The notes under the pieces: model-generated
Told to the model about the DNA's origin: nothing
Databases searched by the model: none
The model's input: the letters and a program-made list of their open reading frames with translations, nothing else
NCBI GenBank assembly: GCA_964016885.1
Contig: OZ024743.1
Coordinates: 176,762,001-176,826,000, forward strand
Length of the DNA stretch: 64,000 bases
DNA from: Eledone cirrhosa
Taxonomy: Eukaryota
Reading direction: 5' to 3'
Made by a program: the position numbers and the translations under genes
Shown: positions 28,700 to 41,136 of the stretch, one piece after another
Layout of the letters: each line of letters begins with the position of its first letter
Numbering within the stretch: the stretch's first letter is position 1

Positions 28700-29625
28700 C
28701 CTTTTTGAAAAATATACTGCAGTCTTCATTGGGTGCTGTAAAAACTGGCGATGGGCCTGCGACCTGTTCTGGGAGGCGTGGGATGGACGCAGAAAGATAG
28801 CGTATCCCACGACCCCAAAGAATGTTCATAAGGGAGCAAACCTTGACAGTTGGAACCTGAAACATCACAACTCTTACAGGTAAGGAGCAGGAACTAGTGG
28901 AGTAGGTTGGATGCTACCAGCTAGATATCGTCGTGGTATCCTCAACAAAGTTCCGTGGTTCTGATACTGTAGATTTGGATGGAGGATAGTAACTCCATTA
29001 TTCAGGTGTGGCGCCAGAAACGACTGCACAGGTGGTAGTGGGGATACTCCCAAGGCCCCGGCTGTCAGAATGTGTTATGAACTGGATCCCGTTAGGAGGG
29101 AGGATTTGTCTCTTGAACACCTTTTTCCAGCACAGACATCCATAAATATACACGGTATAAGGGGAATCAGAGACAGAGATCAATAATTGATTTTGTTATT
29201 GTTTCTGATCTTTTCGATTCTGTGCTGGATATTCGTATTAAGAGAGGGGATGAGCTATCAACTGGTCTCCATATAGTTATCTACAGCTAAATCCAGGGAA
29301 GCCCACAAACCTGACAGGTCCAGGTCGACCTACAGGATAAAGAGGGAAGCTTTGGTGGATAAGGAAGTCAGGACCAGGTATGTGAATACTATGTGGATAC
29401 TCTTTCTATCAGGAAAGCGTTGGGGTTCTCTCTTCAGAGAAGTGCATCCTCGTGAGGTGGAGTAAAAATTCTGCTGATCTCCTAAACCCCGTTACAACAG
29501 CACCTTCTGATGTACAGAGGTGCATTTGGGAGCGATGACTAATCTCTCGAAGGTTGAGGTCACAAGAGCAATTAATGAGCTCAAATGTGGCAAGGCCTCT
29601 GGGGTGGGGGTGAAATTCGAGATCA
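28700..29625 (+). mobile_element. Decayed RTE (Expander/Rex3-like) 5' APE region
   Basis: LTVGT*NITTLTGKEQELVE*VGCYQLDIV...LHYSGV...RSIIDFVIVS...VLDIRIKRGDELST, with stops and deletions. Confidence 0.7.
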
Positions 29626-29932
29626 ATAAATAGTTTGCCCGTCCCGTACAGGGGTTGGTTCTTCTATTTCCCTTTACCGCTTTCTCTCTTTCTTTCTCTG
29701 GAAAAAATAGGTTGTGTTCCAATCTGGAGAGGGGTGGGCTCCACCGGCTTTACACTGTCTAAGACACGCTGTGTGTCAGGACAGTGTTCCTACAACTCCA
29801 AGAGTTAAGGACTATTTATTTATTACTTTATTTTTACGTTCTGACTTCAGATTTTGCCTCGGGTGACTTTGTCTTTCACATTTTTTTTAGTCAGAGGCAA
29901 AAATACACTATTTGATGATTTAAAAAAAAAAT

Positions 29933-29968
<36 letters not shown>

Positions 29969-30847
29969 ATATACATAGTTGCTTGACCTGTTCGAAGTCG
30001 CCACCAAATCTTTCTCAAATGGCATCCTTCTATTTTTAAAACAAAAACAAAAAAAAATAAACCATACATTGGATAATGTAGTGCTAATATGCAAAATCTG
30101 AATAAAAGTTGGGACGATCACGGCTGGAATGACTTTGATTATAGGTTTCTCTAATCAGTTGCTAAACAACAACAATCTACCAATTGCCACTGTATTATTG
30201 TTTAGTTGTTGTTTTAATTTAAAGCTACATTTAACCAGCCTCCCAACATCTGCATCTATTTCCGACAAATATATTTTCAGTCTTATTTTTATTTTTGTAT
30301 TTATATACACAGTTTAATTTATTTTCAACATTGTCTGCATAATTTGTACATGGGCAGCTTAAGAGGAAGATTGATCGCTAAAGATAGTATTCTCAGCATT
30401 AAAGGATTGTCTTTTTCTTTCTATTTCAAACAGCATTAAATATTATTTAAATACCCGATCACTAGAGAAAGTATTATTCTGTCACCATTATATCCTAGAA
30501 GCTAATTCTAATGAAAGCTAAGGCAATTAATACGAAGTTTTGCATTGACAATGGGTTATTGATTTCTTAGATTGGCACAAGACCATACAATTATTTCTTC
30601 AATACGTTTTGTCCATTTAATCAACGCAAGTATACACTTGTTCAGTTTAACACGCCACACCGTTGCAAACTCACTAACAGTGAAGTGGTTTAAAGGATCT
30701 TTAAGGGAACCCACTGAAGTTTACGGAAATGGTAACGTCATGTGGTATCTAGTTATGCCCTTTTTGATCTGATTTTGAATCCTGCCACGATCAATTTTCT
30801 CTGTCATCATTACGGAGTCGATAAAATAGAGTACCATTTTTGGATTA

Positions 30848-31130
30848 GGGGGCGTGTGGCCTAGTGGTAAGAGTGTTGGACTTACGATCATAATGTCGTG
30901 GGTTCGAATCCTGCACTGGATTGTGTTTTGTGTTCTTGAGCAAAACACTTAATTTCATGCTGCTCCAGTATACTCAGTTAAAAATGAGTAGTAGCAATAG
31001 CTGGGGTTTTACAAATGCGATGGATTGGCGTCTTATCCAGTGGAGAATATCTTACTCTCAGTCGCTTCACGCCACGAAACCGACAGAAACACCGGCCTGA
31101 CAACCCTTCGGACTTGAAACAGTCTTTAGT
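30848..31130 (+). mobile_element. tRNA-derived SINE
   Basis: ggcgtgtggcctagtggtaagagtgttggac...gggttcgaatcc A/B boxes followed by a non-tRNA body. Confidence 0.8.
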
Positions 31131-31304
31131 TTTGAACTAGGATAGATCGACTATTTTAATCCAGCCATTATCGATCACTGCAGGATAAAGCCTCATAACT
31201 AAACTGGTCTATTAACTATAACCTCCCTATAACTGTGAGACTTCGTACGTACGTTACAATGTAGTAATTATACTGGGATTGATTCGACCGATTGCGAAGT
31301 CATG

Positions 31305-31595
31305 TGTCTTAAGGGTTAGGATGTCAGATTCAAGATTGTAAAGTCGTGAGTTTGATTGTCATGTCGGAAGGCACGCTGTGTCCTTCAGCAATACACTTTA
31401 ATTCAAGTTGTTCCAGTTCACACAGCTGGAAAAAAATTAGTTGCGACACGAGTGCTGTCAAGCTGAATAAGATTTTGTAATTTCCTTGGGCAACATTCAT
31501 AGCATCGAGTAGGGAAACTGGCATGCATGGGAGACTGAGTTGGTCTTCCACAAAATCGTTTGTGCAGGCTTTCGCTTCGGAGAACTTTTTGGGTA
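31305..31595 (+). mobile_element. Diverged SINE family B
   Basis: gtgtccttcagcaatacacttt...ccagttcacacagctg...gcatgcatgggagactg...tggtcttccac. Confidence 0.6.
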
Positions 31596-31604
31596 CACAC
31601 CAAT

Positions 31605-32270
31605 GGTTATAATTCTCTTCTTCCACTTATTACAGAGAGGGTCGTGGGGGCAGAATCCTCAAACATTCCTTCCAGCGGACCCTGATAGAAGCAGCCATCT
31701 CCAACTAATCTGGCTGGACCCCCAAGCGTGACCAGCCAAGTTCATGTATGTTAACCAGCCATCTTGCTAGGGGTCTACCCCTGGGTCTCCTGCTGGCTCG
31801 TTTTGTCCGTAAAATCTGCCCAGTGATTCTTTCCTGAGACATTCTAACCACATGCCCATTGTATCGGAGCTGTGCATTGTATCGGATCTGTGATATCTCA
31901 ATTCGAATAAGTAGCGGCTTTACTTGGAGTTATTCTCTGACCTCCGATGTAGGCACTTTATCAAGTAACGTTACTTCAAAGACCCCCCCCCCCCAACCGA
32001 TCGTATTCTTTTAGTCATTACCCAAGATTTATGAGCATAAGTTGGGTTGGCACGAATACCGAATTGAAGATAGTGAGTTTGGCTTTTACAACTATCTCCC
32101 TTCTTCTGATTACCACGAATGCTGAGGCTGGCGCATTACTGTACCAGCTCCTACAACTCTTGCACTTCTTCACTTGCTTCAATGGAACTCTACATTCACA
32201 TGTAAAGTGCACTGTGCCATCTTCTTTGAGAGGACGAGTGTCTCAGTTTTCGTACCACTGATTTTCATTC
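31605..32270 (-). mobile_element. Decayed RTE (Expander/Rex3-like) 3' end
   Basis: Minus strand: KAKLTIFNSVFVPT...QLRYNGHVVRMSQER...RRPRGRPLARW...WSRLGV...WKECLRILPPRP. Confidence 0.7.
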
Positions 32271-32552
32271 TAGCTATGCAGCACTCGGCATCAAGCCTAT
32301 GTAGGGTGCATCAATAATCATGGAAAGCAAGAACATATATTTTTGTGAAGAGGGGGTGGGGTATTTTGATACCAGAAAAACCTTTTTAAATCTACGAAGA
32401 AATTTCAGGCTCAGAACCCACAAAGTTAAAAGAAGTTTAGTGGTAAGAAACAATCTATGCTTAATGGTCTTTAGTTGACACATTAGTGAAAAGGAATTTG
32501 TAATATATATATTTAATGCATATTTGTATATATATATATATATATATACATA

Positions 32553-32610
<58 letters not shown>

Positions 32611-32624
32611 GTAAACAGAAATAA

Positions 32625-32773
32625 CAACACGATCGGTACAGTATATGAAAGGAATATACTAGGTTAACGCTTGAAATAGCAGGAAGAGGGTCTTAATGTT
32701 TCGGATGCTAGTCCTTCATCAGAAGAAAGAATGAGAAATAAGATAAGAATATGCATTAAATAATCGCCGTCCA
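32625..32773 (-). mobile_element. Short hammerhead-bearing repeat, family H3 (second copy on + strand at ~56085-56245)
   Basis: Minus strand tctt-CTGATGA-a-ggactagcatcc-GAAA-catt-aaga (32691-32726); flanks match the reverse complement of 56085-56245. Confidence 0.65.
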
Positions 32774-33480
32774 CCAGTGGCAGCTCGTGGCTAAATTGTT
32801 ATATTTCAAGCTTGATCAATTTATTTAAAAATGAAATGCATTCTTCTTGTTTTACTTTGACCTAAAATGTTAATTTTCTCCTTGACCCCTTGATGACTTT
32901 TGATGAATTTACTGGATTTACTGAATAATCTTTTTGAACATGTTCACGTAACGGAGTTTCAAAATTTCCCCAAAATAAAATGCAGTCTATTATTTTGGAT
33001 AAAATATCACGGTTGTTTTTAACCTTCATGTTATGTTCATTGATTGAAAGTCTGTATGCCTCACTAAGTTTCTCCTTAATATTTGTGTTTCCTAAAAGTG
33101 ACAGTGAAACCACATTTTCAACATGCTTCTTTGAATTCTCATGTTTTTTTCTTTCATTTTGTTTATACTTCTAAAACCGTCTTTTATCCATGTTACATTA
33201 CCTCCAAACAGCAAACATGGGAAGCAACACAATACATTTTTCGCTTCTCAGCCGCAGAGCCAACTTTTCCGATGGTAACATTCAGAATTAAAGCCATGAA
33301 TATACCTCTTGTTGCTTATTCCTGGTTGAGATGTTTGGATATCATGTGTTAAACAGTCTCTTTTCTTAACTGTAACTTTCTCATGGAGAGATAACTGTAA
33401 CAACTTAAGCAGTTGAAGTTCATTTACTATCACAAAATGTATTTCTTGGGGATGCAAGGAGGTCGTGGTTAAATCACTTA
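32774..33480 (-). mobile_element. hAT-superfamily (ZMYM/DUF4371-like) transposase remnant
   Basis: SLSLLGNTNIKEKLSEAYRLSINEHNMKVKNNRDILSKIIDCILFWGNFETPLREH and HRKSWLCG; TIR-like cagtggcagctcgtgg at 32774. Confidence 0.7.
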
Positions 33481-34879
33481 AATTTTCTATACAATAGAAT
33501 AACCGAAAGAAGAAACTATGAATTAAATAGAGTAGCTGGAAGCATGGTAATTATCTACCATTTATCACATTCAAGAATATGGTACACGGTTTTTAAACAC
33601 AACACACGTTGAGTCAAAAGTAAAAACACTGCCTTACACTCGGACAACAAGACCGGCACAGCGAAAGTGAAAGTGCACTCTATAACCAGCGCACAACAGC
33701 CAAACGCAACATCTGTGAAGCACACAATTCCATAGAAGGACTTTAGTAATTTTTCATGATCGAGGGGCTGGTTACTGACATTAGCTTAACGATTATATAA
33801 TGTACAAGTGTAAAGAAAGAATTAAAGACAAAGAAAAAAGACTCATTATATTGAATGTTATCGATAATATAGAATGAAAATAGCGGGTGCTGCAGTTCCG
33901 CAATGACTATACAGGGGTTGCCTCTGCCTTCTACACATACGAGATGGCATATTTTCAAACAATTTTCTTATAGGTAAGCATTTAATTTAATATATCAGCT
34001 GAACGAACTAATAAGTTGAAGATACTGAAGATATTTCAATGTATTCAAATAAAATTACTGCTAATTGAAATTACAACTATTTACCACATTCTTCGTACTT
34101 TCTATTGAGATATATTATATGAAACATAGAAACTTTCTCTTTTCTCTGTGTGTCGTATTCTGCAGAGATTTACATTGAATTGTCAATAGAAATGGCTGCA
34201 ATCAATTATTGGTGATAGTTCAATAGTTGGCTGCTTGAAGGTATTCTTATGGCATTAAATAAAACCAAACATTCGTGCACGTTCATTTGCAACATGTTCC
34301 AATAAAATCTCTGGCTTCACATTGATTATATATATATGAACAAATATATGTATATATATATTTATATATATAAACATATATGTGTGTGTGTATATATATA
34401 TATATATGTGTGTGTGTGTGCACGCGATTACAAGTGGTTCTCTAGCAGGCGGCGAGATACTCAACAAGAAGCTTTGGACGGAATATATGAGGAAATATTG
34501 AATTTTTATATTGGCACAAGACTAGTTTTATAGAAAAGCAATTACAAAAGATTCAATGGATAACAATACCTGACTATTTCTTAAACGACATCGGAGGGAT
34601 AAAGGCAATATAAACCAGAAATATATAAACAGTTACTAATAGAACAAAGGCAGTGTTGAATGAATTACTTGTGTGAGGTGATTCGAGTTATCACTGCATT
34701 CTGCAGTCCAGTTTTTTGCTTAGATGTTAGCTTTTTCTCAATACTTTTTTTAATAATCATAAGTAATTTCAGTCAGTGTTTTGTATTTGTTGGCTTCCTT
34801 GAAGGCAGAAAACAATATTTTTTAAATTTTGTTCATGTTTCGTAGCTAATGCAGAAATTCCTGGATCTATCAAACAATA

Positions 34880-35055
34880 ATTTTTTCCTGTCTGTGTCGT
34901 TTGGTGGAGTTGGGCCGCTGACAGCGAAGTTCTTGTCATCGCTGGCGGCTCGCCTTACTGAGGTGTCAGGTGATGCCTGTAAGGGCGCTTGGTTTCAACG
35001 CCGTAGACTCGACATCCTTGGTGGTAATGTTGTGAGCATGTTGGCTTGCCTCAAA
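34880..35055 (+). mobile_element. 3' fragment of a CRE-like non-LTR element
   Basis: FGGVGPLTAKFLSSLAARLTEVSGD...AWFQR..LDILGGNVVSML. Confidence 0.55.
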
Positions 35056-35861
35056 ATATTCCGTTGACATCTGTGATGTGCGGCCGATTGTCACACTTGG
35101 TGTTAAATTGATGATCGTTTTCGATTTTGCAACCCCTTTTCTTCTTTCTCTCGCTCTAGTCATATATTTTGGTGTTATATTTGTGAGATTCCTAGCAATG
35201 GTTAATTGTATTTGTTATATGTGTTTATCAACATTATATTTGGTTCTCTTTCTATTAACTTTCAATTATTAGTTACTATGTATTTTTCTAGCCTTTCAGT
35301 AGATAGTTTATAATAGTGTTCTCACTAAATAAGTATTAGTGCTAAATCTAATCTTTCTGACGTTGGTGTATTCTAAATTGTCATTATTCTGTCTTGTCTT
35401 GTTAAATTGTTTAGTGTCTAATTAAGAATATTACACCTGTAGCTTATTACTAAAACACCTAGAGCATTGATACATATTAACTTATTGTTTGTATTTAGCT
35501 CTGTTTAAAATATAAATCTAATCCATCTACGATATTCCTGGACGCTGCATGGTTGAATGGTGGAGTTGGCTTCACAATCATTAAGTCTTGGGTTCGATCA
35601 TACTGCGTGTGGTGTTGAGCAAGTGTCATTTATCATAGCCTTGAGACAACCCATGTCTTGTGAGTGAAATTGGGTTGGCAGAAATTGTTTGGGATCCTAT
35701 TGGATGGACTGTACCTGTAATTGATAGAGCCAGCCAGATCAAACACTGTAGCGATGAAACTCCCAGAGAATTAGTTAAAGGTACACGTGTTTGTGTACCT
35801 CAGCTACTTACACGCTAACTTCCTGAACAGGTTGTTCCATTGATCAAACAACTGGAACACT

Positions 35862-36256
35862 TGTAGTGACCTACATTCCGCGGGCTCACATACATTCTCT
35901 GTGCGTGATTTGGCTCAGTTCAGCCAATCAGCGCCAGTAGAAGAGGATGTATCCCTACGCGCCCTGAGGAAGAAATTCCCCGCGAAGATTTGAAGAATCT
36001 CTCTCTTGTAGCGGAATCTTCAAGGCAGCAACACGCATAATGTAACGGTGACATATTGCCCCTAGCCTCGCCGGCTTAACGGCGCATTCCCTTTTGTAAC
36101 CTCTTTTTATCTGTAACTTCAACCATATAAGTTAACAAACATTGTTTGTGCTACATCAAAAATAGACACATTTCATCTCTAATTACTGCTGTTGAAATCA
36201 TTATTATGTTACTCGTGTCTCAATAACATCTATAACCCATGCTGGAATTGGCGACC
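35862..36256 (+). mobile_element. Possible LTR with PBS remnant (Gypsy-like)
   Basis: Starts TGTAGTG; agccaatcag promoter-like motif; followed by TGGCGACC at 36249. Confidence 0.35.
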
Positions 36257-36494
36257 TGATAAAAGGAATATTGTAAATAGATGGTAAATAGATCGAGGGA
36301 CCTTCCCTCACGTCTATGTCGACAAGATAATCCAACGAGGATACTATCACTTACCACACTGGCAACTAACGACCTTCAATCAATCTACCACCCTGCTAAA
36401 CACTCATTGTCGAAACCAACAAAGGCTCATTTTACTATAATAGCCCTCCCTAATCTTTTCTTAATAATCAATGTTTACAAGTAGCACTTACACA

Positions 36495-36775
36495 CAGGGC
36501 CAGATTTAATGGGGGGAAATTGCCCCGTGTCCCCTGCAGCGGGTGGGGGGCTTCCACCAGAAATGACTGTAGAAATTTATTCGTGACCTCAGCTGTGTTT
36601 TTTAGTTTCAGGATGGTTAGAATTTTTTAATTTAATACTTGTATGTATAACTTTTCAATTCCAATTACTTGCAGCAAGCTAACTTTGATGTGGGAAATTG
36701 GGGGAAGGAGGTTGCTGTGTATTCTATTTTTTGTGTATGAGTCCTTGCCCCCTTCAAGGTCTAAATCCAACCCTG
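36495..36775. mobile_element. hAT-type MITE
   Basis: TIRs cagggccagattta / taaatccaaccctg; 8-bp TSD cttacaca / cttacata. Confidence 0.75.
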
Positions 36776-37086
36776 CTTACATAGCATTTCTACCTTGATG
36801 TGTGTGTGTGTGTCTTAATCATTGTTATTTGGGACGTGTCCTTCTGTTTGTGCTTAGTATCAATCCACTTCACTATTTTCTCATTGTTCCTTACACACTG
36901 ACTGCATATGCAACTTGTGACACATATGCACATTGCAACTTGTGACGAAAATTGTTTTATCTGAAAGACACAAGCTATACATACAATAAATTTTCAGATA
37001 GAATGTAATGCAATATTTCTACTGGCACACTGCATTCTGAGTCCAAGTGTAGCTGGGATCAATTTTGCCTTTAATCATTTGTGGAT

Positions 37087-37447
37087 ATCATCATCATCAT
37101 TTTACACCCGCTTTTCCTTACTTGCAAGGGTGGGACGGGAACTGATTCTGGCTTGATTTCTACAGCTGGATGCCCTTCCTAACACCAACCTCATTTACAG
37201 TGAGTGCATGGTGCTTTTTTTCCGTGGCGCCTACACATCCACTTTACAGTGAGTGCTTTTTTTCCGTGGCGCCTACACGTCCACTTTACAGTGTGGGCTG
37301 GGTGTTCTTTTGACGTGGCACCACCACGACCAGTTTTCAGTGGAATGATAGGGACCCCAGTCCCAATTATCTCATTTCTACAGCTGAGTAAACTGGAGCA
37401 ATGAGAAATAAAGTGTCTTGCTCAAGGAAACAACACATCACCCGGTG
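37087..37447 (-). mobile_element. SINE with RTE-derived 3' tail
   Basis: Reverse complement of 43582-43806; the tail matches RTE 3'UTR 52590-52697; (CAT)n end. Confidence 0.8.
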
Positions 37448-37654
37448 TTAAATGACTAGACCATAGTTAATGACTCCTTTTCCTCTAGCTGTCACAATCT
37501 GGATGTTCCACCGGATCAAGAGTAGGAAGGTGTTTGTCTCTGCTTACAGCTATATAGGCATCAAAAACTAAAGCAAATGCATGATGTATTAATCTTTAGC
37601 TGTTTAGCTATTGAATAGTAACTTACACAGCAATTCTGTATCCAAATTCCAAAT

Positions 37655-38140
37655 CTCATAACAGCAATGATTGTAGCTCATCATAAGTGTATGAGTTCTC
37701 TCATAACAGCAATGCTTGCAGCTCATTTTAAGTGTCAGATTTTTATCATAACAGTAAAACAAAGCCTGTAACTCATCTTAAATGTTAGAGCTTTCATCAC
37801 AGCAATGCCTTCTTAAATGTTGGAGCTGTGTCATAACAGCTATGCATGTACATCATCTTAAATGTTGGAGATTTATCATAACAGCAAAACTATGCCAGTA
37901 GCTCATCTTAAATGTTGGAACTTTATCATAACAGCTATGCCTGTACATCATCTTAAATGTTGGAGCTTTATCATAACAGCAAGGTCTGTAGTTCATCATA
38001 AGTGTCATAACATTATTGCATGTAGTACAACAGTATTAGAGCTCTATTATAACCATAAAGCCTGTAGCTCATGACAAGTGTTGGACCTATATCATAACAG
38101 TAAGACCTGTAGCTAATTATCGGTGTCAGAGCTCTATGAT
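37655..38140. repeat. Degenerate ~40-bp minisatellite
   Basis: Recurrent tcataacagc...gcctgtagctcatcttaaatgttggag; resumes after a SINE at ~38355-38420. Confidence 0.8.
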
Positions 38141-38142
38141 AA

Positions 38143-38352
38143 TGATTTCGGAACAAGGCCCACAATTTTCAGGGGGAAGGGACAAGTCAATTAAATCGAC
38201 CCCAGTTCATTACTGGTGCTTTATTTTATCGACCTTGTAAGAATGAAATGCAAAGCTAACCTCGGCGGGATTTGAACTCATAATGTAAAGAGCCGTAACT
38301 ACATGCTGCAAAGCATATTGTCCAATGCTCTACCAACACAGCTAATCCACTA
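38143..38352 (-). mobile_element. SINE family A inserted in the minisatellite
   Basis: cattactggtgctttattttatcgacc...ggcgggatttgaactc. Confidence 0.8.
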
Positions 38353-38737
38353 CCTTCATGGAACTCTATAATAATAGCAATGCCACCAGCTTGTCATAAG
38401 TAGAAAGGCCTGTAGCTCCTCTATATTAAATGAGTTTTTGTTTGTGAAACCAAAATCTACAAACTAGTCTACTTTTTGTTTCAGCCAATATATACAATGT
38501 TCAGTGTGTGCATGTACTGTGTCGTTTGCTTTGTTATTTCTGTTTATCTTATACATACACACACACACACACAGGGAAAAGCGGACGTAAAATGATGATG
38601 ATGATGATAATACACATAAACAAGACCGTCATTGCTCCAACTAGCTTATTCACTATCAATAACTACCTGAAATATACACTACACATATAATTAACCCATG
38701 GTAGTGAGGAAAATGTATGTTAAACGATGATATATAT

Positions 38738-39340
38738 ATCATCATCATCATTTTACGTACGTTTTTCCCTGCTTGCACAGCATCTCTCCATTCATCACGG
38801 TCCTTTGTCATCTCCTCCGTGAGCTTCAGCGATCTGAGGTCTGCTCTCACCACCTCTGCCCATGTTTTTTGTGGTCTTCTTCGACTGCATCTTCCTTCTA
38901 CTAGGATTTCTTGGCACTTCTTTACCCAGCGGTCATCTTCCATGCGCATCTCATATCCATACAAACGCAGTCTTCTCTCCCGCACACTACAGCCTATCTC
39001 TCTTATACAGAATTTCTCTCTTAACTCGTCTATGCTTGGTCGTTCAAGTACATTGACATTGCACATCCAACAGAGCATGCTTGCTTCATTTCTCTCCAGC
39101 TGTCGCATATCTTCTACAGTTGCTGCCCATGTCTCACTACGATGCAGCATCGCACATCTCACACAGGCATCATATAACCGGCCTTTCTTTCGTAGGGAGA
39201 AACCCTTCTTTTTCAACAGAGGAAGCAGCTCCCTAAACTTCTTCCAACCCGGCGTCCTTATTCTAGATACTATGGCCTCAGAGCACCCTCCTCCCTTACT
39301 AATCTGATCACCTAGGTATCAGAAGCTATCAACCACCTCA
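38738..39340 (-). mobile_element. 5'-truncated RTE LINE
   Basis: ORF 38656-39216 (KGRLYDACVRCAMLHRSETWA...ERRLRLYG) is homologous to the C-terminus of the 49392 ORF; (GAT)n tail. Confidence 0.9.
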
Positions 39341-40002
39341 TGCAAATAAGCAGGTAGGACCATCAAACACTCAAATACGAATGTAGACACACCCTTATAT
39401 ATGTCTGTCATAATTAATCCCCATAATTATACACAACATTGAAAGAGCTGCATTTTATAAGAACCATTGATTTATATCCCGTTTGTTTGCTTACTCTTGC
39501 TTGAATGGCTGCTTTGATAACCTGAGACATCACTGAAGCTCTGATCAGTCATAATCAATAATTGATTATTATTCCTAATACCTGCTACAAAAAATAAGAA
39601 GAAATAAATAAAACAATGCTATTTATTTCAAATATTGCTTTTCTTTTCAAGAAATTTTATGGAGTGTGAGTTATGATTTATATAAAAAAAACAAAAAAAC
39701 AGTTACATAAAATAATTAAATGCTATTGAAATACATTTATACAGGTAGTTATTTAGTTATACAATTTCTTTAGAATAGGTACACTATATCTCCTGATATG
39801 TTTTACATGACTAAAAGGGTTGATGTCAGGAAGAGCATCTGACTGTAAAACATAGCTTCAAAAAAGTCCCATCTACCCCATATCAACATGAAAAAATTGA
39901 CTTAAATGTGATGATGATGATGATGATGATGATGATTGATCGATTGGTTGTGTGCATAAATATATTCACAAAGATAGGTGCATAGCCAGAGTTTCTCTCA
40001 GG

Positions 40003-40569
40003 TATGAGTGACGGCTGAAAAGTTCATAAGCTGACTATGAATGACTGATACAAGTGCTGTGAAATCTTGCATGCATTAATTTCAACTCTTTTTATTAATG
40101 ATTTCTAGTATAGGCACCAGGCCAGTAATTTTGGAGCAGGGGAATGTCAACCTCAGTACATTACTGGTGCTTTATTTTATTGACCCCGTAAGGATGAAAG
40201 GCAAAGTTAACCTCAGCGGGATTTGAACTCAGACCGTAACTCTATACTGCAAAGTATAGTGTCCAACTCTCTACCGATACTGCCAATCCACTGCTCTAAC
40301 ACTTCTTATTAATAACTGCATTGTTTCTTTCCAGGAACTATGTTGAAAAATAAACTTCATTTGGTGATTCCACAAGAGTATCTTGGCCATAAGCTGACTA
40401 TGAAGGAGTGATGTTAGTACTGTGAAATCTTGCATGCATTAATTTCAACTCTCTTCTTATTAATAACTGCACTGTTTCTTTCCAGGGACTATGTTGAACA
40501 ATAAACCTCATTTGGTCATTCCATGAGAGTACCTTGGTCAGACTATGAACCTTTCAGCCGACCCTCATA
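40003..40569. mobile_element. Mariner-type MITE with an internal duplication and a nested SINE A (~40097-40292)
   Basis: Ends tatgagtgacggctgaaaagttcata / tatgaacctttcagccgaccctcata; ~40026-40100 duplicated at ~40388-40465. Confidence 0.75.
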
Positions 40570-41136
40570 TAGTGTAGAGGAATGTGTAGCTGAGTACACA
40601 TGAAACTTAACTCAATTTGTTCTGTTTTTATTTAATTAATTATATTTTCAATCTTACAATTCTGGCAATATTTATGGTACATCTGGGGTGATTTTGAACT
40701 ATTTCTGTATTAGAATACACAACTGCCTGCAATATCATTAATTAATAAATGTGGATATTTATATTCATTAGATTTCATTTAGCTTGGTTCTATTCCCAAA
40801 CTAATTCTACCTAATAAAGGTTGGTTGGACAATTTGACAATTAATTGAAATACTTGGGTAGTTGTGTATTTTATGAAAATCTCTTCTCTGTGGTAAGTGG
40901 AAAGGAAATATTTCATTTAGTTCTTCTGGCAGGATTATCATATTAAAGTAGTTGATTGCATCAATTTTAAATGGCTCTTTCTAAGATTTCATTTCCAAAT
41001 ATATCACTTTATTCCATTATTTTTCATTTGTTCAGGTTAGAAATTTATTCAAAGTGAAAAAATCAAAACACCTAGTGCTGAAATGATATGTATGTGTATA
41101 TATCATCATCATCGTTTAATATATATATATATATAT

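Noticed and set aside
30848-30925. tRNA gene
   Set aside because: A/B boxes run into a SINE body repeated elsewhere; no complete cloverleaf established.
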